From the NCBI RefSeq assembly GCF_044647545.1, contig NZ_CP172818.1: DNA of 64,000 nt; one strand, 5' to 3'. The notes below the pieces were generated by a model. The model saw nothing but the letters and a program-made list of their open reading frames with translations. It was not told the DNA's origin and searched no databases. The position numbers and the translations under genes are program-made. Positions 39,546 through 52,533 of this stretch are shown in pieces; the stretch's first letter is position 1; every line of letters starts with the position of its first letter. Source of the stretch: Escherichia coli. Lineage in GTDB: Bacteria > Pseudomonadota > Gammaproteobacteria > Enterobacterales > Enterobacteriaceae.

Positions 39546-40184
39546 ATGAGCGATTTCGCAAAAGTAGAGCAGTCTTTGCGAGAGGAGATGACGCGGATTG
39601 CCAGTTCATTCTTTCAGCGCGGCTATGCAACCGGTTCGGCTGGCAATCTGTCGCTGCTTTTACCTGACGGGAATTTACTGGCGACACCGACAGGTTCATG
39701 CCTGGGCAATCTCGATCCGCAGCGGCTTTCCAAAGTCGCCGCGGATGGCGAATGGTTAAGTGGTGACAAACCCTCGAAAGAGGTGCTCTTTCATCTGGCG
39801 CTGTATCGCAACAATCCGCGCTGTAAAGCGGTGGTGCATTTGCACAGCACATGGTCGACGGCGCTTTCCTGCCTGCAAGGGCTGGACAGCAGCAACGTTA
39901 TTCGTCCGTTCACACCATACGTGGTGATGCGGATGGGAAATGTCCCGCTGGTGCCTTATTACCGACCGGGCGATAAACGCATCGCACAGGATCTGGCGGA
40001 ACTGGCAGCAGACAATCAGGCTTTTTTACTGGCAAATCATGGCCCAGTGGTTTGCGGTGAAAGCCTGCAAGAAGCCGCCAACAATATGGAAGAGCTGGAG
40101 GAAACGGCAAAGCTGATTTTTATTCTCGGTGACCGCCCGATCCGTTATCTGACCGCAGGTGAAATTGCGGAATTAAGGAGTTAA
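39546..40184 (+). CDS. ygbL: class II aldolase/adducin-family protein YgbL (putative 3-oxo-tetronate 4-phosphate decarboxylase)
   Basis: 212 aa ORF, class II aldolase fold signature (HLHS, GS). Confidence 0.8.
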
Positions 40185-40188
40185 TGCA

Positions 40189-40965
40189 ATGCCTCGTTTT
40201 GCAGCTAATTTATCCATGATGTTCACCGAAGTGCCTTTTATTGAACGCTTCGCCGCAGCGCGAAAAGCCGGGTTCGATGCTGTGGAATTTCTGTTTCCCT
40301 ATAACTACTCCACCCTGCAAATCCAAAAGCAACTGGAGCAAAACCATCTGACACTGGCGCTGTTCAATACCGCTCCCGGAGATATTAATGCGGGGGAATG
40401 GGGATTATCCGCCCTTCCCGGACGTGAGCACGAAGCACACGCAGACATCGACCTGGCACTGGAATATGCATTGGCGCTCAATTGTGAACAAGTCCATGTG
40501 ATGGCAGGCGTCGTGCCCGCTGGCGAAGATGCTGAACGGTACCGGGCAGTATTTATCGATAATATCCGCTACGCTGCCGACCGCTTTGCGCCACACGGCA
40601 AGCGAATATTAGTTGAAGCACTCAGCCCCGGCGTTAAGCCTCATTATCTCTTCTCCAGCCAGTATCAGGCACTGGCTATTGTTGAAGAGGTTGCGCGAGA
40701 TAACGTGTTTATTCAACTAGATACTTTTCATGCGCAAAAAGTAGATGGCAACCTGACGCATTTAATCCGCGACTACGCCGGGAAATATGCGCACGTACAA
40801 ATTGCCGGACTACCTGATCGACATGAACCGGACGATGGAGAAATCAACTATCCGTGGCTGTTCCGCCTGTTCGATGAGGTGGGATATCAGGGCTGGATCG
40901 GTTGTGAATATAAACCTCGTGGCCTCACCGAAGAAGGGCTTGGCTGGTTTGACGCCTGGCGCTAA
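40189..40965 (+). CDS. ygbM: hydroxypyruvate isomerase-like TIM-barrel protein YgbM (putative 2-oxo-tetronate isomerase)
   Basis: 258 aa ORF, xylose isomerase-like TIM barrel. Confidence 0.8.
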
Positions 40966-41053
40966 TTCGTTAAATCCCTAATTACAACGTACCCATACAT
41001 CCCCCCATCTACGGATGGGGTAGGTTAACTATAACTTTCAGACAGGGTTTCCC

Positions 41054-42418
41054 ATGTCCACAATTACATTGTTATGCATTGCGTTAGCTGGCGTAATCAT
41101 GCTGTTGCTGCTGGTCATCAAGGCAAAGGTACAACCATTCGTTGCTTTGCTCCTCGTCAGCCTGTTAGTCGCACTTGCGGCAGGTATACCGGCGGGCGAA
41201 GTGGGTAAAGTGATGATCGCCGGGATGGGCGGTGTGCTTGGTTCCGTCACTATTATTATTGGTCTGGGCGCTATGCTGGGGCGTATGATCGAACACTCTG
41301 GTGGTGCAGAGTCACTGGCTAATTATTTCAGTCGCAAGTTAGGTGACAAACGAACTATCGCTGCGCTGACTCTGGCAGCGTTCTTCCTCGGTATTCCCGT
41401 CTTCTTTGATGTCGGCTTTATTATTCTTGCGCCAATCATTTACGGTTTTGCCAAGGTTGCCAAAATATCGCCACTCAAATTTGGCCTGCCTGTCGCTGGG
41501 ATCATGCTCACTGTTCACGTGGCGGTACCGCCGCATCCAGGCCCTGTCGCCGCAGCGGGGTTACTCCACGCAGACATCGGCTGGCTAACCATCATCGGTA
41601 TTGCGATTTCTATTCCCGTAGGGGTTGTTGGCTACTTTGCAGCGAAAATAATCAATAAGCGCCAATATGCGATGTCAGTAGAAGTACTGGAACAGATGCA
41701 ACTGGCTCCGGCCAGTGAGGAAGGCGCGACAAAATTAAGCGATAAAATAAATCCACCGGGCGTCGCGCTGGTCACCTCGCTAATTGTTATTCCTATCGCG
41801 ATTATCATGGCGGGTACGGTTTCCGCAACACTGATGCCGCCTTCGCATCCCCTGCTTGGTACGCTACAGCTGATCGGCTCACCAATGGTAGCTCTAATGA
41901 TTGCGCTGGTGCTGGCATTCTGGTTATTGGCTTTACGTCGCGGCTGGAGCTTACAACACACCAGCGACATTATGGGCTCAGCGCTTCCTACTGCGGCGGT
42001 AGTGATTTTGGTTACTGGTGCTGGAGGGGTATTTGGCAAAGTGCTGGTGGAATCGGGCGTCGGCAAAGCCCTTGCCAACATGCTACAAATGATTGACCTG
42101 CCTCTGTTACCAGCCGCATTTATTATTTCACTGGCGCTGCGTGCATCGCAGGGGTCAGCAACCGTAGCAATACTGACAACCGGCGGGTTACTCTCAGAAG
42201 CGGTGATGGGATTGAATCCGATTCAGTGCGTATTGGTGACGCTGGCAGCCTGCTTTGGTGGGCTTGGTGCGTCACATATTAATGACTCAGGGTTCTGGAT
42301 TGTGACCAAATATCTGGGGTTGTCGGTAGCAGACGGTCTGAAAACCTGGACAGTGTTAACGACCATTCTCGGTTTTACCGGATTCTTAATTACCTGGTGC
42401 GTATGGGCGGTAATTTGA
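41054..42418 (+). CDS. ygbN: GntP-family acid sugar transporter
   Basis: 454 aa polytopic membrane ORF. Confidence 0.85.
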   Translation: MSTITLLCIALAGVIMLLLLVIKAKVQPFVALLLVSLLVALAAGIPAGEVGKVMIAGMGGVLGSVTIIIGLGAMLGRMIEHSGGAESLANYFSRKLGDKRTIAALTLAAFFLGIPVFFDVGFIILAPIIYGFAKVAKISPLKFGLPVAGIMLTVHVAVPPHPGPVAAAGLLHADIGWLTIIGIAISIPVGVVGYFAAKIINKRQYAMSVEVLEQMQLAPASEEGATKLSDKINPPGVALVTSLIVIPIAIIMAGTVSATLMPPSHPLLGTLQLIGSPMVALMIALVLAFWLLALRRGWSLQHTSDIMGSALPTAAVVILVTGAGGVFGKVLVESGVGKALANMLQMIDLPLLPAAFIISLALRASQGSATVAILTTGGLLSEAVMGLNPIQCVLVTLAACFGGLGASHINDSGFWIVTKYLGLSVADGLKTWTVLTTILGFTGFLITWCVWAVI

Positions 42419-42424
42419 CCTTAA

Positions 42425-42457
42425 TAAAAAGGTCCGATGGGCATCGGACCTTTTATT
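42425..42457. terminator. bidirectional intrinsic terminator between ygbN and rpoS
   Basis: aaaa-ggtccgat-gggc-atcggacc-ttttatt: 8-bp GC-rich stem flanked by A-run and T-run. Confidence 0.8.
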
Positions 42458-42511
42458 GTGCACAGAAAAGGCCAGCCTCATAAGAGACTGGCCTTTATGA
42501 CAGATGCTTAC

Positions 42512-43504
42512 TTATTCGCGGAACAGCGCTTCGATATTCAGCCCCTGCGTTTGCAGGATTTCGCGCAAACGGCGCAGGCCTTCAACCTGAATCTGGCGAA
42601 CACGTTCACGGGTGAGGCCAATTTCACGACCTACATCTTCCAGTGTTGCCGCTTCGTACCCCAGCAAACCGAATCGACGTGCCAGTACTTCACGCTGTTT
42701 GGCGTTCAGCTCGAACAGCCATTTGACGATGCTCTGCTTCATATCGTCATCTTGCGTGGTATCTTCCGGACCGTTCTCTTTTTCATCGGCCAGGATGTCC
42801 AGCAACGCTTTTTCGGAATCACCACCCAGCGGGGTGTCTACCGAGGTAATGCGCTCGTTAAGACGAAGCATACGGCTGACGTCATCAACTGGCTTATCCA
42901 GTTGCTCTGCGATCTCTTCCGCACTTGGTTCATGGTCCAGTTTATGGGACAACTCGCGTGCGGTTCGCAGGTAAACGTTCAGCTCCTTTACGATGTGAAT
43001 CGGCAAACGAATAGTACGGGTTTGGTTCATAATCGCCCGTTCGATCGTCTGGCGAATCCACCAGGTTGCGTATGTTGAGAAGCGGAAACCACGTTCCGGG
43101 TCAAACTTCTCTACCGCGCGGATCAGCCCCAGGTTGCCCTCTTCGATAAGATCCAGCAAAGCCAGACCACGATTGCCATAACGGCGGGCAATTTTTACCA
43201 CCAGACGCAAGTTACTCTCGATCATCCGGCGGCGAGAGGCAACATCTCCACGCAGTGCGCGACGCGCAAAATAAACTTCTTCTTCGGCCGTTAACAGTGG
43301 TGAATAACCAATCTCACCAAGGTAAAGCTGAGTCGCGTCCAGCACACGCTGTGTGGCTCCCTGCGATAACAGTTCCTCTTCGGCCAAATCGTTATCACTG
43401 GGTTCCTCTTCTACTAAGGCCTTTTCGTCAAAAACCTCAACTCCGTTCTCATCAAATTCCGCATCTTCATTTAAATCATGAACTTTCAGCGTATTCTGAC
43501 TCAT
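42512..43504 (-). CDS. rpoS: RNA polymerase sigma factor sigma-S (sigma38)
   Basis: ORF 42512..43540 trimmed to [17 protein letters not shown]; sigma70-family regions 2-4; 330 aa. Confidence 0.93.
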   Translation of the reverse strand: MSQNTLKVHDLNEDAEFDENGVEVFDEKALVEEEPSDNDLAEEELLSQGATQRVLDATQLYLGEIGYSPLLTAEEEVYFARRALRGDVASRRRMIESNLRLVVKIARRYGNRGLALLDLIEEGNLGLIRAVEKFDPERGFRFSTYATWWIRQTIERAIMNQTRTIRLPIHIVKELNVYLRTARELSHKLDHEPSAEEIAEQLDKPVDDVSRMLRLNERITSVDTPLGGDSEKALLDILADEKENGPEDTTQDDDMKQSIVKWLFELNAKQREVLARRFGLLGYEAATLEDVGREIGLTRERVRQIQVEGLRRLREILQTQGLNIEALFRE

Positions 43505-43566
43505 AAGGTGGCTCCTACCCGTGATCCCTTGACGGAACATTCAAGCAAAAGCCTGGTTCCGCCGAT

Positions 43567-44706
43567 TTATCGCTGCGGCAAATAACGCAGCGGGTTTACG
43601 GATTTCCCCTTGTAACGAATTTCAAAATGCAAGCGTGTTGAACTGGTTCCGGTGCTACCCATGGTTGCTATTTTTTGCCCCGCCTTCACTTCTTGTTGTT
43701 CCCGGACCAGCATTGTGTCGTTATGGGCGTAGGCACTCAGGTAATCATCATTATGTTTGATGATAATCAGATTACCGTAGCCGCGCAGCGCGTTACCGGC
43801 ATAAACAACGCGGCCATCTGCAGTCGCGATAATTGCCTGTCCTTTGCTGCCTGCGATATCAATCCCCTTGTTGCCCCCCTCAGAAGCGCCAAAGGTTTCG
43901 ATCACTTTGCCCTCAGTCGGCCAGCGCCAGGTGGAGATAGGCGTACTGGTTGATGTACTGCTGACAGTCGGCTCGGTTGTGCTTGCTGTTGGTACCGTTA
44001 CAGGCGCTGTGACCGTGGTCGCAGTTGGCTTGTTGTTCGGCAACATTTTGTTAGCACTCTGTTCACCCGAAGACTCAGAATACGTAATTGTCGGTTGCGA
44101 AGCAACAGCAACGGTGGAATTTTGTGCAGGCTTGATCACAACTCCTTGCTCTGCTGCGTCGGCCTGGGTAATGGCATTTCCGCCAGTGATTGGCGTACCG
44201 GAAGCATTCCCCACCTGTAAGGTCTGACCGACGTTCAGCGCATATGGTGCCTGAATATTGTTGCGCTGAGCAAGGTCACGGAAATCGTTGCCAGTAATCC
44301 AGGCGATATAGAAAAGTGTGTCGCCTTTTTTCACGGTGTATGTACTGCCGCTATAACTGCCTTTCGGAATGTTCCCATACTGACGGTTGTAGACGATTCG
44401 TCCGTTTTCCATCTGTACCGGCTGCTGAGCTACTGGCTGCACAGGCTGGATTTGCGGTTGTTGAGTAGCCTGAATTTGTGGCTGCTGTACCGGCTGAATT
44501 TGCGGTTGCTGCGCTGTAGACGTCGTCCCCATTTTCGACGGCGGCGTAATCAACATACCAGAATTGGTATTTGTAGGCGCATTGCCATTAACGGAGCTGA
44601 CCGGTGCCGGTGGATTTGAAGTGTCAGAACAGCCTGCCAGCCATAGCGAAACCAGTGACAAAGCCGCAATGCGGCGAACGGTGAATTTTGGGCTTCCCGC
44701 GCTCAT
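43567..44706 (-). CDS. nlpD: LysM/M23-peptidase lipoprotein, amidase activator NlpD
   Basis: 379 aa ORF with lipobox LAGCS, QPQIQ repeats, LysM and C-terminal M23 domain; rpoS promoter known to lie within this gene. Confidence 0.92.
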   Translation of the reverse strand: MSAGSPKFTVRRIAALSLVSLWLAGCSDTSNPPAPVSSVNGNAPTNTNSGMLITPPSKMGTTSTAQQPQIQPVQQPQIQATQQPQIQPVQPVAQQPVQMENGRIVYNRQYGNIPKGSYSGSTYTVKKGDTLFYIAWITGNDFRDLAQRNNIQAPYALNVGQTLQVGNASGTPITGGNAITQADAAEQGVVIKPAQNSTVAVASQPTITYSESSGEQSANKMLPNNKPTATTVTAPVTVPTASTTEPTVSSTSTSTPISTWRWPTEGKVIETFGASEGGNKGIDIAGSKGQAIIATADGRVVYAGNALRGYGNLIIIKHNDDYLSAYAHNDTMLVREQQEVKAGQKIATMGSTGTSSTRLHFEIRYKGKSVNPLRYLPQR

Positions 44707-44845
44707 TTATCCCCCAGGAAAAATTGGTTAATAACCAGTGACATAATTACCGTGCAAGGCACCATACTGAACACTGGAAAAGATGTTCACGATACGCTGA
44801 CTTGCGGCAAAATAACCAGGAAAAATCCAGGTATTTCCTCACGTT

Positions 44846-46207
<1,362 letters not shown>

Positions 46208-46227
<20 letters not shown>

Positions 46228-47257
46228 AATCACCTGTTGTGTTGATAAGTTCCCTGACAACGCTGGTTGCAAAACTACCCGCCGGAAGCCAGAAACGGAT
46301 TTCTACGGTGACGTCATCCCACCAGTTCCAGCTTAATTGTTGCGGATACAGCAGCATCGCTCTGCGCGCGGCTTCAACTTTTTCGCGCACCAGTAAGGCT
46401 TGTAATTCAGTTTCTGCGGCGACAGCTGCTTGTTCGAATGCCAGCGCTTCACGCTGAGTTCCCCATTCGCCACTGCCCGGCAATGCGGCGGTTATCATCA
46501 GCTCTTTATCGTTGACGCGACGCTGTAATTCCACCAGTTCTTCGGTGGTTGCGACAAACCAGCTACCACGTCCGGCTAATTGTAGCGCATCGCCGTCAAC
46601 AACTTGATTAACGTCTGCTTTTTTGAGGCGCTCAGCAACAATCTGATTAAACAACGCACTGCGGGCTGCCGACAACCAAAAACTCCGTTTATTGCGATCG
46701 CGCACCGGAGTATTGGTTTGCGCCCAGCGCAGCGCGCCCTGCAAGTTGCTACCGCCAATCCCAAAACGTTGGGCACCGAAGTAGTTCGGTACACCTTTTA
46801 CGCAAATATCGATCAGACGTTGTTCAACGTCATCGCGATTGCTCACTTCGCGCAGAACCAGGGTAAAGGCGTTACCTTTCAGCGCGCCTAAACGCAGCTT
46901 GCGCTTGTGCCGCGCATACTCCAGCACCTGGCAGCCTTCCAGTTGAAAGGCGCTCAGATCGGGCATCTCTTTGCCCGGCACGCGAGCGCATAACCACTGT
47001 TCCGTAACAGCATGTTTGTCTTTTTGCCCAGCGAAGCTGACTTCACGGGAATGAATTTTCAGGAATTTCGCCAGTGCATCCGCCACAAAACGGGTATTGC
47101 AGCCGTTTTTGAGGATTCTAACCAGAATATGCTCACCTTCACCATCAGGCTCAAAGCCCAAATCTTCCACCACCACAAAGTCTTCCGGATTGGCTTTCAG
47201 CAGCCCGGTGCCTTGCGGTTTACCGTGGAGGTAAGTGAGATTATCAAACTCAATCAT
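46208..47257 (-). CDS. truD: tRNA pseudouridine13 synthase
   Basis: 349 aa [30 protein letters not shown]. Confidence 0.9.
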
Positions 47258-47733
47258 TTTGTTGCCTTAATGAGTAGCGCCACCGCTTCACAGGCAATCC
47301 CTTCCCCACGTCCGGTAAATCCAAGTTTTTCCGTAGTAGTGGCTTTCACGTTAACATCATCCATATGGCAGCCGAGATCTTCGGCAATAAACACGCGCAT
47401 TTGTGGAATGTGCGGCAACATCTTCGGTGCCTGAGCGATGATAGTGACATCGACGTTGCCAAGGGTATAACCCTTCGCCTGAATACGACGCCAGGCTTCG
47501 CGTAGCAGCTCGCGGCTGTCGGCACCTTTAAATGCCGGATCGGTATCCGGGAACAGTTTGCCGATATCCCCCAGCGCCGCCGCGCCAAGCAATGCATCGG
47601 TCAACGCATGGAGCGCCACATCGCCATCAGAATGCGCCAGCAATCCTTTTTCGTAAGGAATGCGTACGCCACCAATGATAATTGGGCCTTCACCGCCAAA
47701 GGCGTGTACGTCAAAACCGTGTCCAATTCGCAT
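47254..47733 (-). CDS. ispF: 2-C-methyl-D-erythritol 2,4-cyclodiphosphate synthase
   Basis: 159 aa [16 protein letters not shown]. Confidence 0.93.
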
Positions 47734-48443
47734 TATGTATTCTCCTGATGGATGGTTCGGGTGAGGTAAAACTCGGCCAGTGCCAAATCTTCCGGGCGCG
47801 TGACTTTAATGTTATCCGCGCGGCCTTCGACCAACTGCGGATGAAATCCGCAATATTCCAGCGCCGAGGCTTCGTCGGTAATGGTAGCGCCTTCATTTAG
47901 AGCGCGCGTCAGGCAGTCATGTAACAGCTCACGAGGGAAAAATTGCGGCGTCAGCGCGTGCCATAAGCCGTTGCGATCAACGGTATGAGCAATGGCATTT
48001 TTGCCCGGTTCGGCACGTTTCATCGTATCGCGCACTGGTGCGGCGAGGATCCCCCCCGTGCGGCTGGTTTCGCTCAACGCCAACAGGCGCGCGAGGTCAT
48101 CCTGATGCAGACAAGGACGAGCGGCATCATGCACCAATACCCACTGCGCGTCGCCAGCGGCTTTCAAACCTGCCAGCACGGAATCGGCACGCTCATCACC
48201 GCCATCTACAACGGTGATTTGCGGATGATTCGCCAGAGGAAGTTGTGCAAAACGGCTATCGCCAGGACTTATGGCAATGACGACATGTTTCACCCGGGGA
48301 TGCGCCAGCAGCGCATGCACCGAGTGTTCAAGAATGGTTTGATTACCGATTGAGAGATATTGCTTAGGACATTCCGTTTGCATTCGACGGCCAAATCCGG
48401 CCGCCGGAACCACGGCGCAAACATCCAAATGAGTGGTTGCCAT
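47733..48443 (-). CDS. ispD: 2-C-methyl-D-erythritol 4-phosphate cytidylyltransferase
   Basis: 236 aa ORF with [10 protein letters not shown] motif; 1-bp overlap with ispF. Confidence 0.93.
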
Positions 48444-48461
48444 GTTAATTCCTGGGCTGAT

Positions 48462-48773
48462 TTATCGATTGTTTTGCCCCGCAGACTGTGCGCGCTTCGA
48501 CGCGTCAGGCACCAGACGATAAAAAGTTTCGCCCGGCCTGGTCATGCTGAGTTCATTACGCGCACGCTCTTCGAGCGCCTCCTGGCCGCCATTGAGATCG
48601 TCAATTTCGGCAAAAAGTTGATCGTTTCGCGCTTTAAGTTTCGCGTTTGTAGCTTGCTGTGCCGCCACATCATCATTGACGCGGGTATAGTCATGTATAC
48701 CGTTCTTACCGAACCACAGCGAATACTGTAGCCAGACCAGAATAGCCAGCAACAGCAGCGTTAGTTTACCCAT
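48462..48773 (-). CDS. ftsB: cell division protein FtsB
   Basis: 103 aa ORF, N-terminal TM helix followed by coiled coil. Confidence 0.9.
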
Positions 48774-48966
48774 CCTGCCCCCTGAAAAACGGCATCATCA
48801 TCCCATGCATCCGAAGACGACTCTACATCCTCTGTTGGGGATACCGCGACAACGCGGGCAAATGTACCACATTTGTCCATTGTTACGTATACCCAGGGCG
48901 TGCAGAACATAATCTCATTATTAGTTACGGTTTGAATTATGAACAGAGGAGACAAGAAAGTACAAA

Positions 48967-49290
48967 TTAGCCCAGTAGCCACATAAACAGTGCGCCAAAC
49001 ATAATGCCTACTGTCACCAGGGTGAAAACAATACTGTAGCGTAGCTTTCCGTCCATCAATGAATGCAGCGCAATCCCCACCACTACCGCGACAGGCATCA
49101 GTGCCAGAAAGAAAGGCCAGGTGTAGATAAAGAAGAACAGCGTGTTAGAGCCATAAATCAACATCGGCATCGCCAGCGCAAATAACCATGAGATAAAACC
49201 GACCACGGCACCAGGCAGTGACCATGTGGTTTCTTCATCCTCAGTAAGGCTGTCGTTATTTGTTAGTGTAATGTTATGGCTATTACGCAT
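48967..49290 (-). CDS. ygbE: small inner-membrane protein YgbE
   Basis: 107 aa ORF with three hydrophobic segments. Confidence 0.8.
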   Translation of the reverse strand: MRNSHNITLTNNDSLTEDEETTWSLPGAVVGFISWLFALAMPMLIYGSNTLFFFIYTWPFFLALMPVAVVVGIALHSLMDGKLRYSIVFTLVTVGIMFGALFMWLLG

Positions 49291-49339
49291 ATTTGATCCT
49301 GTTACTTTGACGAACCGGGCATGGAAACCCGGTGGTGTC

Positions 49340-49945
49340 TCAGGATCTGATAATATCGTTCTGTCTCAACAGATCTAATAATTGCTGTACCAAATTTGTT
49401 ACTAATTGTTCACCATTGAGATGAATTTCTGCCGATTCAGGCGCTTCGTAAACGGAATCTATTCCCGTAAAGTTGCGCAGTTCACCGGCACGCGCTTTCT
49501 TATATAAGCCTTTTGGATCGCGGGCTTCGCAAATCGCCAGCGGTGTATCGACAAACACTTCGATAAAGCGCCCTTCTCCTACGCGTTCGCGAACCATCTG
49601 GCGTTCGGCGCGGTGTGGCGAGATAAATGCGGTCAGCACCACCAGTCCGGCTTCAACCATCAAATTCGCCACTTCACCGACGCGACGGATATTCTCTTTA
49701 CGATCGGCATCGCTAAAACCGAGATCGCTGCATAATCCGTGGCGAACATTGTCGCCATCCAGCAGATACGTACTGACGCCGAGTTTATGTAACGCCTCCT
49801 CCAGCGCCCCGGCGACCGTTGATTTACCGGACCCGGAGAGGCCGGTAAACCACAGCACTACACCACGATGACCGTGGTGTAGCTCGCGTTGTTGCACAGT
49901 GACTGGATGGCTATGCCAGACGACGTTTTCGTCATGCAGCGCCAT
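49340..49945 (-). CDS. cysC: adenylylsulfate (APS) kinase
   Basis: 201 aa ORF with P-loop GLSGSGKST. Confidence 0.93.
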
Positions 49946-51372
49946 TATTTATCTCCCAGCAAATCGCGCGCGCCCCAGTGCGGAAAGTGGCGGCGAACCA
50001 GAGCATTCAATTCCAGTTCGAATACACTGAATTGAGATGGCGCAGCAGTTGCCTGGCTAACTGGCTCGTGCACCATACCGGCACCTACGGTCACATTGCT
50101 CAGGCGATCGATTAAAATCAGCCCACCGGTCACCGGATTTTGCTGATAACGATCTAACACCAGTGGCTCGTCAAAGGTGAGATCTACCAGGCCGATGCCG
50201 TTCAGCGGCAGGTTTTCAACTTCGCGTTGGGTAAGGTTATTAATATCAACCTGATAACGAATACCATCAACACGAGCACGCGTCTTCTTACCGGCAATTT
50301 TGATGTCATAACTCTGGCCCGGGGAAAGCGGCTGTTCCGCCATCCATACCACATCCACCGACGCGCTCTGCACAGCCGGTAACGCTTCGTCTGCCGCCAG
50401 CAGCAGATCGCCACGGCTGATGTCGATCTCATCCGTCAGCACCAGGGTGATCGCTTCTCCGGCAAAGGCTTCTTCGCGATCGCCATCAAAAGTCACGATC
50501 CGCGCGACGTTTGATTCCACACCAGAGGGCAGCACTTTGACACGTTGCCCGACTTCCACGCGACCGGATGCCAGCGTTCCGGCGTAGCCACGAAAATCGA
50601 GATTCGGACGGTTAACGTACTGCACCGGGAAGCGCATTGGCTGAGCATCCACCACTCGCTGGATCTCCACGGTTTCCAGCACTTCTAGCAGTGTCGGACC
50701 GCTGTACCACGGCATACTTTCACTTTGCGAAGCCACGTTGTCGCCTTCCAGTGCGGAGAGCGGCACAAAGCGGATATCCAGATTACCCGGCAGCTGCCCG
50801 GCAAAAGTCAGATAATCTTCACGAATACGGGTGAACGTCTCTTCACTGTAATCCACCAGATCCATTTTGTTGATCGCCACGACCAGATGTTTGATCCCCA
50901 ACAGTGTGGAGATAAAACTGTGACGACGGGTTTGATCGAGCACGCCTTTACGGGCATCGATCAGTAAGATCGCCAGTTCACATGTCGATGCGCCAGTCGC
51001 CATATTGCGGGTGTACTGCTCGTGCCCTGGGGTGTCGGCGATAATAAATTTACGCTTCTCGGTAGAGAAATAGCGGTAGGCCACATCAATAGTGATGCCC
51101 TGTTCGCGCTCAGCTTGCAGGCCGTCCACCAGCAGTGCCAGATCCAGCTTTTCGCCCTGGGTGCCGTGACGCTTACTGTCGTTATGCAGCGATGAGAGCT
51201 GATCTTCGTAGATTTGGCGGGTATCGTGTAGCAGGCGACCAATCAGGGTACTTTTGCCGTCATCGACGCTACCACAGGTCAGAAAACGCAGCAGGCTTTT
51301 ATGTTGTTGCGCAATCATCCAGGCTTCGACGCCGCCTTCATTGGCGATTTGTTGTGCAAGTGCGGTGTTCAT
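49945..51372 (-). CDS. cysN: sulfate adenylyltransferase subunit 1 (GTPase)
   Basis: 475 aa ORF, EF-Tu-like GTPase motifs GSVDDGKST and DTPGH. Confidence 0.93.
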
Positions 51373-51373
51373 C

Positions 51374-52282
51374 TTAAAAATACCCCTGACGTTTTTTCAG
51401 CTCCATAGACCCCGCCTGGTCGCGGTCAATCACGCGGCCCTGACGTTCACTGGTGGTGGAAACCAGCATCTCTTCGATGATCTCCGGCAGTGTTTGTGCA
51501 TTTGACTCCACCGCACCGGTCAGCGGCCAGCAGCCCAGCGTACGGAAACGCACCATCCGTTTTTTAATCACTTCGCCCGGTTGCAGGTCGATACGGTTGT
51601 CATCAATCATCATCAACATACCGTCGCGTTCCAGAACCGGACGTTCCGCAGCGAGATACAGCGGCACAATGTCGATATTTTCCAGCCAGATGTATTGCCA
51701 GATATCCTGCTCGGTCCAGTTAGAGAGCGGGAAGACGCGGATGCTTTCGCCTTTGTTAATTTGCCCGTTGTAGTTGTGCCACAGCTCCGGGCGCTGATTT
51801 TTCGGATCCCAGCGATGGAAGCGGTCACGGAAAGAGTAGATTCGCTCTTTAGCGCGGGATTTCTCTTCGTCACGACGTGCGCCACCGAAGGCGGCATCAA
51901 AACCGTATTTGTTCAGCGCCTGTTTCAGGCCTTCAGTTTTCATAATATCGGTATGTTTCGCGCTGCCGTGTACGAATGGATTAATCCCCATCGCCACGCC
52001 TTCCGGGTTTTTATGCACCAGCAGCTCGCAGCCGTAGGCTTTCGCCGTACGATCGCGGAACTCATACATCTCGCGGAATTTCCAGCCGGTATCGACATGC
52101 AGCAACGGGAAAGGCAGCGTACCTGGATAAAACGCCTTGCGCGCCAGATGCAGCATGACGCTGGAATCTTTACCGATAGAGTAGAGCATCACCGGATTTG
52201 AGAATTCTGCAGCCACCTCGCGAATAATGTGGATGCTTTCCGCCTCCAGTTGCCGCAGGTGAGTAAGTCGTTTTTGATCCAT
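51374..52282 (-). CDS. cysD: sulfate adenylyltransferase subunit 2
   Basis: 302 aa ORF, PAPS reductase-like fold, SIGKDS motif. Confidence 0.93.
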   Translation of the reverse strand: MDQKRLTHLRQLEAESIHIIREVAAEFSNPVMLYSIGKDSSVMLHLARKAFYPGTLPFPLLHVDTGWKFREMYEFRDRTAKAYGCELLVHKNPEGVAMGINPFVHGSAKHTDIMKTEGLKQALNKYGFDAAFGGARRDEEKSRAKERIYSFRDRFHRWDPKNQRPELWHNYNGQINKGESIRVFPLSNWTEQDIWQYIWLENIDIVPLYLAAERPVLERDGMLMMIDDNRIDLQPGEVIKKRMVRFRTLGCWPLTGAVESNAQTLPEIIEEMLVSTTSERQGRVIDRDQAGSMELKKRQGYF

Positions 52283-52533
52283 AACCGTTCCTTTGCAATA
52301 CCGCTATTTTCTTGCCATCAGATGTTTCGACTATAGGGAGCGCAGGAGAACGAATGAAATTACCAATTAGAATGAGTAGTTCCTTAACGGAATAACGATT
52401 TGGCAAAGCTAATGTCAAAAAGTGCTTAAGGCACCAGATTTCGGGCGTTTAGGAAGATTTGAAATTGTTTTAGCGCATCGGCAGTTTCATACTATGGCGG
52501 TAAAAAAATTTGCATGGTATTTAAGGACTCACT

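Noticed and set aside
42437-43078. 213-aa plus-strand ORF
   Set aside because: Antisense to rpoS, which is unambiguously recognised on the minus strand.
48761-48982. 73-aa minus-strand ORF spanning the ftsB-ygbE gap
   Set aside because: Overlaps the ends of both confidently called neighbours and has no recognisable features; more likely promoter region for ftsB.
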